Positions 61,492-64,000 of a DNA stretch of 64,000 nucleotides are shown here, piece after piece (position 1 is the stretch's first letter; each line of letters opens with the position of its first letter). The notes under the pieces were generated by a model. That model had not been told where the DNA came from and ran no database searches. It saw only the letters and a list, made by a program, of their open reading frames with translations. Source of the stretch: Azolla caroliniana (lineage: Eukaryota > Plantae > Polypodiophyta); contig JBHGNT010000015.1 in the NCBI GenBank assembly GCA_043228905.1, forward strand, positions 20,216,304 to 20,280,303, read 5' to 3'. The translations under genes were made by a program, and so were the position numbers.

Positions 61492-62152
61492 TGTCGTGAA
61501 GATTTTCGGCAACGGTGTGAAAATCGTGAGGAACAAACAAAATCGAGAAAGTGTAATGTGCACTCAAACATTTGTAAATAAAATAAGACTAAAGCCTAAT
61601 AACCTTTGAGTCCATACAAAGGGGTGCAAGCAAGGCTTGAACCTTGCACCTCCATGATAAGAGACGAATTAACATACCACTAAAGCCACTACTAAGTGCT
61701 TTAGATTTTGTATATTGTCTTTTCATATTCAATATTTCGTAGGAAGCAAACATATAAAAACCGTGGGCACAAAACCATGGTTTTAGCCCATGGTTTCAGC
61801 CCGTGATTTTAGCCCATGGTTTCAGCCCGCGGTTTTAGCCCGTGGGTTTAGCCCATGGTTTTTGCATGGAGAGACCTATAAAAGCCTATAGTGGGGCTTG
61901 TGTAGGGGCAAGTGATGTAAGTAATAAAAAAAACTTGTAATCAAAGATCTGAGTTATCCTAATGGTGATGTATCTTGTCTCATAAAACTAAAGTCAAGGG
62001 TTCAATCTCTATCTCAATCTCTCTCTATCTCTTCATCCATCTATCTATCTTCAATACTTTCTCGCTTACGCTGTTAAAAACATTGAATCCTTCCAGTCTA
62101 GGACCCCGGTGGTCCCACTTCATTTCACGAACACGCGAGGATTTCCTTGACA
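61492..62152 (+). repeat. 3' LTR of large Gypsy
   Basis: TGTCG...TGACA after the PPT; matches the two 5' LTR pieces. Confidence 0.92.
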
Positions 62153-64000
62153 CCGTTGTAATATTTTCCACCACCTTGCATCTGACTTAATACATTCCAC
62201 AACTTCGTTGCTTTAGGAGATAGCCAAGATAATGATGCCATCACATTATGATACAATATATTTGAAGTGACCTGTAACAAGCATGTACCATCTTGTAACC
62301 GCCAATCCACCCAAGGTGCAAAATTTGTTTTCAATGGCAAAGGTCTTTACAACAATGGTATATCTTGTAATTCCTCCCAAATAAATCCATAATTTGGGGG
62401 AATACATAACCATCGCTTGGCATCTTCAAAATCCGACAACCTTTGAGATTCATTATCAACCACATCTTCCAAATGTACAATCCCCAATCAAAATAAATGA
62501 TTGAATTGAGATCTCAACTTCTCTTTCCCATGCCAAAACAACACTCGAGAAGAAACAAGCAATTCATTTTGTAATGAATTACAATATTCTCGATCACTTG
62601 ATGGTCCCCATTCAAAAAGAGATCATGCATCTTGCCACGATCTTACCAAATGTTGTCCACATACAAAATGTCGAATCTTTAGAGGAATACTTCCATTGAG
62701 TAATCACCACCATGATGCTTGAATCTTTGTTTTCCTGCGCACCAATCCTTCATGCTCAATAAAATATTGCATCATAGATATCCATGGTTGATCTTGTTGA
62801 CATATATCTTGTAATAATGCAAATCTACAAGCCATCAAATGCCTTTCCAAATCCAATATTGTTTGCACCATCTAACCTTTTAGGAGTAGCCAAATGGTCC
62901 CATGAAATCCATGTAACTCCCATCATTTCTCCCTTTTTGCCACAACATAACATGTTTTGTAATGCCTTCTTAGTCCAAGGTAGTAAAGGAAAAATATATA
63001 ATAACATGGGTATCAAGATACATTGCACCACTTTGAGTCATACATGAAAGGGTCATAATTGAGACTTCCAATACATAAATTTGTCCTTCAATTTACTACC
63101 AATCCAAACAATCAATTGAACATTTGTAACATCAACACCCAATGGATAACCCAAATGTCGATAAATTGATCCTGGTGTAATCACTAACCATTGCCATCTC
63201 AAACATTCCAAATCACTCTCCGTATAAGAAATAAGGCGAGACTTCCTCCAATTTATATACAACCCTGAAGCCAAAGCAAATTGATCCCAAACTTGTATAA
63301 TCCTTTCAAGATTTTCTTTTGAGTCTTGTAAAAATATAAAAAGAATCATCAGCCAATGCTTGTGCTTCCAATTGTCCACATAGATGCAAACCCACAATAT
63401 CACCACTAGCCGCAAGATTTGACAACATTACTAACAAAGGATGTGTAACAATAGCAAATAACAATGGGCTTAGTGGACATCCTTGCCACACGGATCTAGT
63501 AAGAAACACTTTCGGAGTAACTCCACCATTACGCATCACGCGTGAGGTTGCATTTTGCCCTAGCAAAAAGATAAGTCGACACATACGAGGACCAAACCCC
63601 ATATTATACATCACACTTGAGAGGAAAGACCAATTAACATGATCATATGCTTTTTCCAAGTCTAATTGCACCATAACCATTTCTTGATGTGTATGTCGAG
63701 CATAATCGGAAGCCATTTGAACATTCAAAATATTATGCAATATATTTCTACCTGTAATAAAACCATATTGAGATGGATGAAAAAAGTTGAGCTAAGAACT
63801 TCTGAAGTCTGTTGGATAATATCTTTGCAAGCACTTTGTACTTGTAACCCTCCCATCAATGAAATAGGCCTCCATTGATGAAATGACTTCGGAAATGGTA
63901 CCTTTGGTATCAATTTGATTAAGCTCACCTGAAACCAAAATCCCAACATTGTTGAAACATTTGTGTGAATGGACTCTTAAATATGCCAACATACTTCTTA
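62153..64000 (-). mobile_element. Degenerate L1/Tx1-like LINE ORF2 (RT), continues beyond window
   Basis: LIPK, WRPISL, LDLEKAYDHVNW, QGCPLSPLLF, ADD, SGL.IN..KS, YRHLG.PLG motifs with frameshifts. Confidence 0.88.

Larger units (their letters stand above)
24755..62152 (+). mobile_element. Large non-chromovirus Ty3/Gypsy element hosting several nested insertions
   Basis: 5' LTR split into 24755-24885 and 38288-38843; 3' LTR 61492-62152; 4-bp TSD CCGT; PPT AGTGGGGGTGGA; gag-PR 38889-41001; pol pieces 40992-42090, 46811-47220, 59317-61428. Confidence 0.9.

Noticed and set aside
3650-64000. Numerous 60-190 aa antisense or overlapping ORFs in the ORF track
   Set aside because: Shadow frames of retroelement genes, LTRs or microsatellites with no motif support

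Overview
Eukaryotic, most likely non-seed land-plant DNA (fern/lycophyte/moss type, inferred from the Tcn1-like chromoviruses). It holds one intact three-exon R2R3-MYB gene (20002-21428, +) inside a deeply nested retroelement field. Left of the gene, a Tcn1-like Gypsy sits in a Copia LTR, and that Copia sits in another Copia; decayed Gypsy relics and a MITE follow. Right of the gene are a TRIM-like element and a minus-strand LINE split by a 37-kb Gypsy (24755-62152). That Gypsy carries a Copia>Copia>Tcn1 nest, a second Tcn1 element, and a chromovirus that contains a gag-only non-autonomous element. Two recurring signals stand out. (1) tRNA-type Pol III A-box/B-box cassettes with canonical 43-45 nt spacing lie antisense in the U3 of three different Gypsy LTR families, and two further copies lie outside recognisable elements. 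(2) Four LTR-element loci from different families carry INVERTED LTR pairs. In three of them U3 faces out at both ends and the extra LTR carries PBS sequence, and one has a clean 5-bp TSD, suggesting integration of copy-back reverse-transcription products. Other signals are a Tf1-type self-priming PBS, -1 frameshift pseudoknots, dual PPTs and a covarying pre-PPT hairpin. All coordinates were read by eye; no database searches were possible.
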